Assembly: GCA_964106915.2 (NCBI GenBank)
Contig: OZ066919.1
Reading direction: 5' to 3' (one strand)
From: Podarcis gaigeae
Lineage: Eukaryota
DNA length: 64,000 nucleotides
Shown: positions 51,909 to 63,080 of the stretch, in pieces
Numbering within the stretch: position 1 is the first letter of the stretch
How the letters are laid out: every line of letters starts with the position of its first letter
The notes under the pieces: model-generated
What the model was told of the DNA's origin: nothing
Database searches by the model: none
What the model saw: the letters and a program-made list of their open reading frames with translations, nothing else
Translations under genes and position numbers: made by a program

Positions 51909-52459
51909 CTGTTTGTTTGCTTATGTACATATTCAATCTAAATTGAGTGTCACTGGACAAATCAAGATGGCATGTAGCCGGGGTGTCTTTGCAATGCACT
52001 TTTTAGCATGTCAGTATGCAAAATTAAAAACAACATATTAAATTCCTTGAAAAGAAGAGGGGAAGAGGCAGAGGAACCAGGGGCCTACAAAAAAGACCTG
52101 GGACTCAGGTTCTTTGGGCTACCTCATAACAGTACCCCTTCACTCCATCCTGATATAAGACCTCTACTACGCCCCTCCTCCCCCCTGAACTCTGATAATT
52201 CAAACACTGTTTGCAGTTTTAGTTATAAAAGGGAGCGATGGTGTGGTAGTTTACAGCAGGCGGAGAAGAAGCCTTGAGTAAGGTGCCCTCAGTTCAATGC
52301 CCTCAATATGTATAGAGAGAAATAAAACCCTAATTCCCATAAAGGGTTCTGTGGTGCACTTAGTGAGTGTATTATATAGTGGGGACATTGCTGGTGAAAG
52401 ACATCTCCCCTGAAGCATGGCCTTGTGCATAATTTGAAGGCAAGGATGAGTCAAGGTTA

Positions 52460-52930
52460 TTTCCAAACTTATTCAGTCCTGTTAAAGCGCCTCCCCCCTA
52501 CACCTGTTTATGTAGCCCCGGCAAAGCGCTTGTGCCAACATTTTCTCCTTTGGGAGGTCTATTCCTTTCAAGGGGATTCATTTAACTGGGCTGTGCTTTT
52601 TGCTTGGGGCCATAAAATGGCACCTTTTGGCTTTTGATTGGAAGGCCATATTGCACGCAGCCTGCTTTATGGCGCATTACTGCCTCTCGCGCGGATTTAA
52701 CCAATTTGATCCATGTCTAATACATAAATAAATAATCCAGCAGGAACGCTTCACATTAGATGACAATAGGAAACTATAAAGCATGCTTCCCTTCACCGCA
52801 GCCTTCAGATCTGGGTGTGCTACGCCCTCTGACGACCAGAGCAGCTATCACAGCTATGGAGCTCGTGCTTGCAGCCCTGCAACTGTCTAATAATGTCTTT
52901 GGTCACTTGGTTGTTTGCCTTTAAAAAATA
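52460..52930. promoter_or_regulatory. Candidate CNE/enhancer
   Basis: CCATAAAA and TTTATGG Hox/Cdx-type sites, TAATCC, CpG retention, repeat-free. Confidence 0.5.
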
Positions 52931-53249
52931 TTTATACGTTAGCAGGGTGCTGCATGTTCTAATGCAGAGTGTAGTAACATCTCTGAGCAGGGAAAGAAAC
53001 TAGTTGTAGAACATAGAAAACATAGAAAGCCAAACTGCTGCCTGCTTGTCAACAAAATTCGGTTGTGCTGCAATAGGCCATGGAGGTCTTTTTGAGGCTA
53101 TTGAAATGGTACAGAAATCACTGTCCCTGCTAGTTCAGAGCTCTCAGTATCTTTTGAGGTTGTGACTGGTTGAATTTGTACCAGAAGAAGAAGCCGAATA
53201 GGGTTGGTATAATTTCTAGTGCTAATAAAAAACATTTCATCACAATCGT

Positions 53250-53720
53250 TTATTTGTATGTCGCCTTTCTACAGTTAAACTCAAGGTGGCTTACAACATC
53301 AAAAGATTTACATAATTACAAAAATATAACAAAACTTAAGTTATAAGCAATAAATGAAACCATCTTAATACATATATAATAAAATAAACAATCTCTACAT
53401 AATTCATAATAAGGTCTAACAGTAAAGAGACAAAAGCATTATTCTGTACCAGTAACAGCATTTCCAAAATGAAATCTTGACTCCAGCAAAAACTCTCCAT
53501 CCTGATAGCCTCTAGGCATCTTGAGCAGCAGCCCTGCAGATTCACAGCTAAGATGGTCTCTGACCGTTTTAGTAGCAACAGCTGTTTCTGTGGCTGGAAT
53601 CAGTCAGCGACCCACCCTCCCAGGCCAGGTAGAAATAGGCCAGCAAAGCAGGGAGCAGGTCTTGCAGGACTCACAGCAAAGATGGTCTTCTGCTTGGGAG
53701 ACCTTCAAAAATACCCATAT
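53250..53720 (-). mobile_element. L2 LINE 3' tail remnant
   Basis: tttatttgtatgtcgcctttct...actcaaggtggcttaca is the reverse complement of an L2-type 3' end. Confidence 0.55.
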
Positions 53721-53751
53721 ATTTCTTAGGTTTTCAGTATCCTGTTCATCA

Positions 53752-53784
53752 ACACACACGCACACGCACACGCACACGCACACG
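53752..53784. repeat. (CACACG)n microsatellite
   Basis: Direct reading. Confidence 0.9.
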
Positions 53785-54941
53785 TGACAAGTCATTCAAG
53801 GAAGTTGCTTGTCTTTTCTGAATCATCTCAAGCTTACAAGGAGCCATGTATATCCAGTTTCTCCCCTGAAAGTTTGTTTACATGGCTTGAGTGCTAACTT
53901 GAGTGGTAGAAGTGCTTTAGTTCTGCTCGTGGAAGGTTACTATGACTTAATCCTTACTTGCACTTTTGATAGAAGTCTATTTTAAAACCACATTGTTTCT
54001 GCCTCTGCTTAGTGCCTTCTGAGGTTGTTCCAACCAGAGAAATCAATGGCATGGTTCCTAGCAGGGCGATTGGGGACAAAGAGTTAGAATATTGATACTG
54101 AGTAAAATATACTGTTGTAAGACTCTCTCACTTTTAAGGCCATTTCATGCAAAATGAATTTCCTTCATGGATATAATTCTCATGTAAGAAAACTGGGTGT
54201 GTGCCCAAGGACCCCATTATAGAAATACATTGTGTACTCTCAACAGTTCTGTAAGGAAGTGATATTTATGTAGGCAAATTGTCTTGTGTGGAGTTGCCCT
54301 CAGTTGTTGTAGTAGCTGTGTATAGGTAACGTTAGAAAAGTGCAAATATGATATTGCTGCCACTTCAAGCAGTGGTAAGCAGCAGTCATAGTCAATCTGT
54401 CTGTCTCTCTCTCTGTCTCATGGTAGTAGGAGGTGGGGCATCTTGCTTCTTGGCCGATGGTGCAGAAAGAGGCTGCCCTAGTAATTTCCCCTAGCTGCTA
54501 GAAGTGCTCCTTCTCTCCCTTTAATTGCCTCCTTCAGCCATGTTTAATTATAGGATAAGAAGCTGAAGTTAATTTCTTCAAGCTAACTTCCCTCAGCACC
54601 TCCCCACAGTCACCCCTTTCCAATCTTATAAGGGTCTAATCCTAAGCCAGGGCCAGCTGCTGCAGCCCATTACATAGGTCCAAAGTTCTGCTGAACTTAG
54701 CCAATGGTGTGTGGCCTACAAGTGCACTCCTGAAACAGACAAGGAGCGGCATTCAGAAAAGCCAGTGGGTAGAAGAGACACAAATTGGCTACTGAGCCAG
54801 TAACTGAGACTGCATATGTTTGTGGGTTGTTGTTTTTCTAAAACACTTTCTATTTCCACACTACAAGAGTGGTGGGATGGTACTAATGAATGGATCTGAG
54901 GGTACCTGAAACTCAGTACTCTACCTTGTGTTCCATTACAG

Positions 54942-55071
54942 GCAAAAAGAAGGCAACACTTTTTGACAGCCAGGCTCCCATCTGCCCCATTTGTCAGGTC
55001 TTGCTTCGCCCAGGTGAGCTGCAGGAACACATGGAGCAAGAAATGGAGAAGTTAACACAGCTCAACATCAG
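54942..55071 (+). CDS. RNF220: Internal coding exon of E3 ubiquitin ligase RNF220 (equivalent of human exon 3), 130 nt, phase 1 start / phase 2 end
   Basis: Acceptor ccttgtgttccattacAG|G and donor CATCAG|GTAAGG. Translation (G)KKKATLFDSQAPICPICQVLLRPGELQEHMEQEMEKLTQLNI matches the recalled RNF220 segment LFDSQAPICPICQVLLRPSELQEHMEQE. Confidence 0.93.
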
Positions 55072-55779
55072 GTAAGGACAGCCAGGGTCTTCACTAACCC
55101 ACGTACGACCAAAAGCATCAGTGTGCATAACCCCAAGACACAGCTAATGTGGGTCCCTCCCTCTATAGTCAGTGTGGCATGTACCAGCTGAGCAATCTAA
55201 AAATTTGTTCTTGTACACCTTGGTGAGGAGTGTAACTCTTACTGCAGATTTTTAGAACATTAAACTATCTGTGTACTCTTCTTTTGAACATGTGTCTTCA
55301 GTAATAATCAATAATCAATCTGAGATGCTTCTCCCACCCCCAAAAAGGAGGAGGGAGGAAACTTTAGGTGTTGCAAATTATTCCCTACCAAGGCTCTCAG
55401 GCAATGTTATTTTCCTGATTGATCATACCACACAAGATTTATTGTGAGTGCAACACATTTTTGGAGATTCTTTCTCAAGGGCACTTTAAAAAACAACAAC
55501 TTTGATACACCAGGTACAGAATTAGGTAATCTTTGGTAATATGGTGTCCTGAGCGCGCACAAAATTTGGTGCCCCAAAATGGATCTTCTCAATTTTGCGC
55601 CCCCTCAGCTCGCTGCCCTTTTGGGGGGGAACTGCCGGCACTGCCCTAAATCCGATGTGGGGGACACTGGGAATACTTCACTAGCTCTCAGGCTGCTTCT
55701 CTGTGTAGCCAGCCCTGCCTGCATTGATGTCTCTGGTGCTGCTTCACTGGTTTCAGGGAAAGCTCCACGAAACTCCCAG

Positions 55780-57170
55780 CATGCATTTTTATCTCTTAAC
55801 CTGTAAATTCCATACTGGCCTAGCCTGCCAATGAAAATGAAATTGAAAGGTTTGAAATCTCTGATCCCCTCCCCCCGGCTTTCATCAATTGCAAAACAAA
55901 TGTGTGATCTTACCAATATGGAAAACAGCACTGCCAAAGAGTTTTGGTGGGGAATTACTGCCTCTCCAGGTTCCCCCTTTCGTGACTCCTATGAACAGCA
56001 GCCTCCTTTATTCAGGTATTCTTGCAGCAGAGAAGAGGTTAAGCATGTGGACACAAAGGTGGAGTCCACCAGCCCACCTCCCAGAGGCTGCCACCTGCCC
56101 TGAGGCTGCCTCTCCCTTGCCTGCTGCTGCTGCTTTCACCAGCGCAGCAAAAGTCCTCTGTGTTTTTTTTAAAATAATAATTGCATTTTAACTGCTAGCA
56201 GTTATTTAGGAAATCGCTGCAGCCAAGGGTTGGCAGATCCCTGGCCTTCCCTTAATAAAACTGCAGCCTGGGAGAGAGCGTGTTTATTTCAATTATTAAT
56301 GAATTCCCCGGTCATTAAAAGGTGAAGAAAGAGATCAGGCTGCCGATGGCAGCAAGGTGATGTCATCAGGTGGCTGGGAACAGTAGGAAGCAGGGAACAA
56401 CCAGGTTTTGGACCGCCCACCACCTCAACAGACCACCCCTCAAGGTTCGAAAAGAGGGCCCAGCTTAGCCTGGAGTCTTTTCTCAGTGTAACAAGGGGGA
56501 TTATTGGACACAGGTGTAAGGAACCAGTTTCCACAGGGTATAAAAAGAGGGGCCTACTGAATTCAGGCTGGACCAAGACCTCCCAGATCCATACCGATGT
56601 AGGATCCAGTACCGAGCCAGAATCTGCCACTTCTCAGATGGGAGGAAAGAGGAGTGGTGGGGGGGAGGCAACAGCCAAGTCATTTATCCCATGTGACACC
56701 CGGTTCCCTTGTACGCATAATTTATGGTGTAATTTGGGCTGCATCCAACTTAATAAAGGGCCACAGCAAATTAACGAACAGGTTTAAATGAACAGAAGCA
56801 ATTAGCGCTCAGAGGAGCCTGTGGAAAGAGCGAGGCTAGTCTTGGAGTGGAGCTGGCCGAGAGCAGCCTGTGGCTGGCGTGAGGCAGGGAGGTGGGGGGG
56901 AGGTGGCGTTTAATGGGAAAGGAAAGGAAACACTAAATCATAAAGGCTGACAAGGGCCATTGTGGGCCAGCTGACAAATGAAAAAGAATGGCATTATTCC
57001 TTTAAATAACCACAGCAGTTAAAGGGGGAGACAGCTTACTCCTAGCCCTTGCCCGCTAAGGCTGCATGCATGGGGAAGAGCAATAGCAGGGTCTTTATTA
57101 ATTATTAACTAATGACTCCTACCATGCTGCAATAGATAACGCTCAGTCTCCTCTGCAGATCAGGCCCCAG
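55780..57170. promoter_or_regulatory. Candidate CNE cluster just downstream of the exon
   Basis: Repeat-free blocks at 55780-56350 and 56680-57170 with TAATTTATGG, TAAATCATAAA, TGACA and CAATTA, plus near-GLI sites at 56411 and 56431. Confidence 0.45.
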
Positions 57171-57364
57171 GGGCTAATCACCAGCCCGCTGCCGCATCCT
57201 GCCCCAGCCTGGCAGTGGGAACAAGCCACCTTAAATGTCAGGCTGCTTTTGTGTCTCATGGGAACAGGGGTTCAGGGCTTCCTTGCATAGAACATGGTAT
57301 ATAAACATGGCCTCTTACATGAACTTGCCCATCTTCAACACAAATCTCACTCTGTGTGTGCATG

Positions 57365-57367
<3 letters not shown>

Positions 57368-57396
<29 letters not shown>
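57368..57396. repeat. (TG)n microsatellite
   Basis: Direct reading. Confidence 0.95.
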
Positions 57397-57397
<1 letters not shown>

Positions 57398-58174
57398 TGC
57401 TTTGTGTATTCAAGATGGTGGCACCATCCTTCCAGCTTGTGACCCTGGACACAGAAAGGACTTGTGAAACAGAAGCCATCCATAATGAGAAAGGGAAGCT
57501 AATAACTAATCTCAAATAAGCCAATAAACTTGAAAATAAAATGTAGGCTTATAAATGTGATGGGCTAGAGTACAGGAGCCCAACATACCTCTCTGCCAAA
57601 CTCCAGTCGTTACCAAAATGGCCCAGCAGCTGTTACTAATCACTGTGGTATGGGAAAATCATCCTGGGAAGTGGAAGAACCTCGCTTGCCAAAGGGAAGG
57701 ATCATCTTCTTTTTTTAAAGGGAAGATGTGCCCAACCACAGATTGTTGTTTCAGCTATTAAATAAACATTAGGGTAAAGGAAACCTCCTGTGGTGTGGGA
57801 TGAAAAAAGCAGCCTTCCCTGGTCATGGCCACACAAAGAATGCCCTGGCCCATATTGTCTTCTCAGCAGGGCATCGGTGTGAACACTGCACAGTAAAGCG
57901 ATTTGGACATTACTCAGAAGCATTTAACTCCAGTGTTTATGAAAAGCACCAGTGGCTCCATGGTTTGTGGCCTCTAAAGGCTTATTTACACAGCCAAAAA
58001 GATTTAGAGGTAATGATTCCAGGGTTATCATCTTGAGGTAACAACCGTTATCTGCATTAACAAGGCACTGGGGGATGTTACAGCTACATCTCCTTACTGG
58101 TGTTACTCAGTAGATGGCATTTTCTCACCAGAGATTATGACGTCACTTCAATTTACATGATATTTGTTTGTTTT

Positions 58175-58286
58175 CTCAGTTATGACTTGCCTTTCTTCCA
58201 TCATGGAGCCCCCATCCTTTCACTAACCAGACTCAGATCTGTTTAGCTGCAGTAATGTTACTGTACCATATGCCTTCAGACCATGA
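58175..58286 (-). mobile_element. 5S rRNA-derived SINE fragment
   Basis: Reverse complement GCAGCTAAACAGATCTGAGTCTGGTTAGTGAAAGGATGGGGGC resembles the 5S internal control region GAAGCTAAGCAGGGTCGGGCCTGGTTAGTACTTGGATGGGAGAC, followed by an L2-type tail GGAAGAAAGGC. Confidence 0.6.
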
Positions 58287-58302
58287 ATTGGATGGCGTGT
58301 TG

Positions 58303-58378
58303 AGATTCCTGTATTGCAGGGGATTGGACTAAATGACCCTCAGGGTCCCTTCCTACTCTACAATTCTATGATTCTATG
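58303..58378 (+). mobile_element. CR1-type 3' tail fragment
   Basis: gattcctgtattgcagg...ggtcccttcctactctacaattctatgattctatg. Confidence 0.8.
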
Positions 58379-58857
58379 TCTTGGACTTGAGATGTGTAAT
58401 TGTAGTATCTTAGAACAAAAGAGGAGTGTTGTTTCTATTTTTAATTGAGATGGCTGACTCTGTGTCACCTCACTTCAGTTTCTAATTCAACCCTTGCTTG
58501 GGTGCGCAAATCATTTTCCATCCCCAAACAACAGACTTATCTGTTACAGCAGGCTTTGTCCCCTCTACCAGAGAAAAATAAATTCAACCTTGGCTTATTT
58601 GGGACTTTGTCATGAACTTTGAATGACAAACCTTCCTCTTCACACATGCCTTACTTCTTTTTGTTAGTTTTGCTTTAATTATCTCCAGAATTAGCACTGT
58701 CTCATTTTGTAGATCCAGTGTAGGAACACTCTAGCAAGGCATTTTTTAAACCCTCAACAGGTGTGAAGCAAGTTGCAGCTGTCTCACTGGCCATGTAGCC
58801 CAGTTGCTTATTAGAATCTGAGCCAATTGGCCACTGCAACAGCTTTGCCCTTGCTCC

Positions 58858-59010
58858 GGCTATGTACACCCTATGCCATTAAAGCACATCTGAAACACAT
58901 TCTTTCCCCTCAAAGAGTTACAATCCCAGTGAACCTTAACAAACAACAGTGTTCAGAATTCTCTGAAGAATGTGCTTCGAATTTGCTCTAAAGGTATAGT
59001 GTTTGGCTGT
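58858..59010. mobile_element. Degraded palindromic MITE
   Basis: Imperfect arms tacaccctatgccattaaagcaca / tgctctaaaggtatagtgt. Confidence 0.45.
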
Positions 59011-59409
59011 TTATCCAGTGAATGTGCAGTCTGTTGTATTTGTGCCTGATTGGACGTCCTGCATATTTTTGAATGGGAGGTGAACTGGAGCACAACGGTT
59101 CCTCTGAGCAAGGCTATCCTCTGCGGGCTGAACAATGAGTGAAGTGCATGTGACATTGGTAGCCTGCTTTAGTATTGCCCAATAGAGGGGAAGTGGCTGA
59201 ATAAGCCCTAAAAAGAAACTAGATAGGCAACTATCCAGAGTGTTTTAGTCTGAAGAAAGCTTGCTGGGGCAGGGGATTGGACTATATTGCCTCCAATGAT
59301 ATTTCTAATATTCTTTAATTTAAAAGCCGTGCCTAGCACCTACCTTGCCACAAAATGTTGCATCTATTTCCAAAACTGCCCTGTAAAAGTAAGATAGAAG
59401 CTTGTTTGT

Positions 59410-59900
59410 TTTTCAGAAGGACATGCCAGCGTGGACGGAGTTAATCCCCTCCAAGCTGAAGCTTGTAGTTTTGTTTTCTTTCAATTTATATCCTTCGCTT
59501 AAAAAGGGAGGGAGGAGGGGGAAGAAACGCCCGGCAGGTGACATATTCTAAGAGGGAGCAGCGAAATCGTGTTAACCACTTCAAAATCTCATATATTCAA
59601 TCGGCCTCTGGCAAGACATCTGCCTAATGTTAGCGCTTAAATATCCTTTTCCATTTTACATGCATTCAAGTCTCATTTGAGTGAAATGAAACGGTATTAT
59701 TAAAGGGAGATTTTGCACAAATGGCCTGAATTTGACATGTCAAGTTCAATGAGGCTGTTACATATGTAATGCTGAGAAGGGGCTCCGAGGCTCCTAGCAC
59801 TTGAAACAGCGCCAGTGGCTCAGAAATGAAATTTGCATGCAGCCCTTTCTCTCCCCACCCTTCCACTGCCTCCCACGGAATGCCAAGTAGCTGCTCATGC
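59410..59900. promoter_or_regulatory. Candidate CNE/enhancer
   Basis: Repeat-free and CpG-retaining, with TAATCC, palindrome TTGACATGTCAA and octamer-like ATTTGCAT. Confidence 0.45.
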
Positions 59901-60789
59901 AGTACACAGCCCTGGGTTAGAATCCAGGGACAAGGGACAGTGCCCCATGGTGAAGCACTGAAGGGATCTAGATGCTGGCCCCCCAAGCTCTATAGTTGAC
60001 TTAAGATAAAACATTAAAAGAATCGCTGTGTTGAAAGGTGCCCCAGCTGCCCTGTAATCTGCCTCCACCCAGCCACCCAGTTATGGCAGAATCCTCTGGA
60101 TCCTTTATGCAACTCTTGCAAATGGCCTTTCAGTCTTCTAATGTAAAGATGATGAGATTCTACAGTGACCTTGCTTATTTCCAATACATTTGCACATTTA
60201 AGCAATATCCAGGCATGTCTAACGTCAGTACCCAGCTTTATCAGCACCTAGCGTTGGCGGGTTCTCAAGAATTGCTAAGGGCCCACTCAGCCAAGTTTCC
60301 AGTCCTGATGCAAATCCCAGTCTAGCTTCCTTCCAGCTTTCCAGGTGATCAAGAGACTAGTGAGAGGCTGCACTCAAGGATAATGGAAGTGTTTGAGCAC
60401 TCTCATTGGAGAGAGGCGACTTTCATGGTACTTTTCTCCTTAGAGAGGGGGTGGCACAAAAACCTGAAGCCCAAGCCCTGCTAACTCCCCACCCGCCCAT
60501 CTGTTCTATTGCTGCTGAATTAAAAGTGAATGGGAAGGTATCCTAACAAAGCTAGCTAGCACTGTGGTTTTCTAACACTCACTGATTCAGGCTGTGCCAC
60601 CTGCACTGATCCTACAGGTTCATTTGTAATTGTGGATTAGCACAACCTGAACAGTTTATGAGTGCATTTGCACTGATTCAGCATATCTAGTGCTCAGAAA
60701 ATCTTTTGTGTTAATAAGTGGCCCTACCATTTAACCAAAATCTGTGGGTTTTATTTAGTGTAGCATTAAGCAGATAGTTCTCTCAGTGC

Positions 60790-60968
60790 AAGGATTTCTC
60801 CTTGTTCAGTGAAACAATTCCCCCCGTTCCTCCCCCAGCATACTCCCTAAATCTGTTCTGGGATTTCCCCTGACACTCTGGAGCGGATTTGGGGATGGCA
60901 TGGGGCACACAGAGAGAGGAAGAGAGGGGGGGGGTTGTTTGACTAGTGCAACGACTTCACTGAATACC
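60790..60968. mobile_element. Degraded palindromic lizard interspersed repeat (related copies near 3200-3330, 4200-4410, 20660-20815)
   Basis: Shared core ccctaaatctgttctgg...ctctggagcggatttgggga forming a fold-back. Confidence 0.5.
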
Positions 60969-61095
60969 ACATTGTTCCTCTACATCACAACACATGCAGG
61001 AAGTTTCTTATTTAGATAAATGGTGTAGGACAGAAGCTGAGAGCTTTGAGATTCTGTAGGACAACTAGATCCATAGTATGGCTGCATCCTTACAT

Positions 61096-61233
61096 CAGGG
61101 ATGGGAAACCTATGGCCTTCTAGGTGTTGCTGGACTCCAACTCTCATCAGTCCCAGCCTGCATGGCCAGTGGCCAGGGATAAAGGGAATTGTAGCCCAAC
61201 AATGTATGAAGAGCCACACGTTCCTCACATATG
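61096..61233. mobile_element. Short palindromic hAT-like MITE (actacaactc family)
   Basis: cagggatgggaaacctatggcc left end; tgttgctggactccaactc / gaattgtagcccaaca arms. Confidence 0.7.
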
Positions 61234-61488
61234 TCAGGAATCAGGAACCTTAGGTGGTCTGAGATTAGTCTGCTCGTTTATTTTTGCTGAGCCATATGTA
61301 TGGAATGCACACCCAGTGCTTAAAATCCTCCTTCCTCCTGTATCAGTATTTTGGTATAACATTGCCAACACCCTCCTATTCCATTAGCACTATTATGCAG
61401 ACATGAGATAGCAGAGAGAATGAGATAAAAAACAGGGCTCTTCCAGATAACCAGTGTACTGAGCATTCATCGCACGCACGCGCACACG

Positions 61489-61635
61489 CAGTGCTTTTTT
61501 CTGGGGGGAAGCAGGGGTACACATTCCTCTAAACATTTTGTGAATCTAAGTTTGGCCTCATTGAGGGGCAGTATTTTAATATGAGTAGGAAAATGAGAGT
61601 ACCCCTAAACATTTTTTTAAAGAAAAAAAGCACTG
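61489..61635. mobile_element. hAT-like MITE, 147 bp, inserted in a CA/CG microsatellite
   Basis: TIR cagtgcttttttct / agaaaaaaagcactg with subterminal ggggtac / gtacccc. Confidence 0.8.
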
Positions 61636-62129
61636 TATACACACACACACACACATCATACAACCTGACATTGCCATTATCTGACACTCTAAAGTGTATT
61701 TTCCCATCACTTTACTTCCCACAAAAAATTATGTGGCTGTTTTTTGGAAGTGAATTTATTGTGCAAGAACTTAAGAGCACCAAATCCACTTTAATTGTGC
61801 AATCTAAATTTACTAGTATATGATAGAATCATACCTGCAAAATTGTGACAGTCTGGAAGTGGCCACGCTGAGTATAATCACTGAGCTCAGTCTTGAGTTC
61901 AGGTAAGACACTCCAGTTTGAAATATGGTGTTTTCTACCCTTCTGTAATCATGAGTTGGGTTGATCCACTAGGAACTCACCTACAGGGAGCTTATGAGCA
62001 GGTACCACAAAGTTCCCTGGGTAATCCAGCAGTTGACAGTGCCAGCCCTCTTCAGTATCCTCCTGAGAAGCTAATCCTCAAGAGGTGTGCAAGATGTAAT
62101 CCTTTCCCCCCAATAAGAATAAATGGAGT

Positions 62130-63080
62130 GCATAAAACATAAATAAGTCCCATTGTCACATGCCATGCATCAGGGTCACTGCTCTCACCTCTTGGCTCTC
62201 CTAGATTTACGCCCAGTGACATAAACCGGCCAGGCAACGCACTGGTACCTCCAAAGCAACCAACACTCAGGTCTTACAGAGCTTCGAGCGAGGGAGATTA
62301 GAGACATTTATGAGTGAGGGCCTTTTTTCTTTCACAAAGCTCCATTGAAATACATAGTAAATCTCTCACCTTAAAAGCAACCTGACAACCAAGCAGAGAT
62401 CTAAAGAGACAGTGACTAGCCAGCATTACTCTCAGTGAGAATTAGACCCCGGTGGCCCCCCATCTCCCTCCATTCGCTAACTTTTTTCTCATTAGTTTCC
62501 CTTTGATTCCCCCCCACCCATCAGCTTTTTAACATTTCATCCTCTCTTTCTTCCCTCTTCTCCTCCCCCTCCTTCCCATGGTATCATGGCGACATCTCCA
62601 AGCCAAGTACTTTTAATTTCGCCTGTGGCCCTTGCTGACACCGTGGATATGCACAGCAAGTTAAATTCCCGCCTGATCAATAAAGCAGAAGCCGTGTGTC
62701 CGACCGGTCGATACTTTTTTATCTGTCTTCAGCCCAGTCCTGCTGATGACAGGCCTCTTGCGCATTGCCAAAGACACTCAAGGGCAACCGGGCTTTCAAA
62801 AACACGAGCACTTTAAATATATATATATCATTATTATTATTATTATTATTTTATTATTATGTTTCTAATCCCCTCCAAAAAAACCCTCTAATATATCCCT
62901 ATAGGAAGACGGAAAGCAGTTCACAGTGTTTGGCCTTTGCTTGAAACATTTTTATGATTTATCTTAATTTTTAATTGAAAAAAAACTTGTGAATTAATTG
63001 ATTTCTGGGGCTTGCCAATTAACATTGTAATTGGGTGCATGATAAATTCTGAGGCAGTGTAATTTTTTATTCTTGTCACC
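62130..63080. promoter_or_regulatory. Candidate CNE cluster
   Basis: Repeat-poor with CpGs, TGATCAATAA, TTTATGA and many TAATT cores. Confidence 0.5.

Larger units (their letters stand above)
1..54941 (+). other. RNF220: Distal part of the large RNF220 intron upstream of the exon
   Basis: No other RNF220-like exon seen. A very long intron before this exon is known for vertebrate RNF220. Confidence 0.75.

Noticed and set aside
54890-54941. N-terminal part (MDLRVPETQYSTLCSIT) of the ORF containing the exon
   Set aside because: Intronic read-through upstream of the AG acceptor; similarity to RNF220 starts at GKKK
56326-56784. 153-codon stop-free sense frame overlapping a 113-aa antisense ORF
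   Set aside because: A few frames of this length are roughly expected by chance in 64 kb x 6 frames. There is no early start codon, convincing splice pair or recognisable RNF220 peptide.
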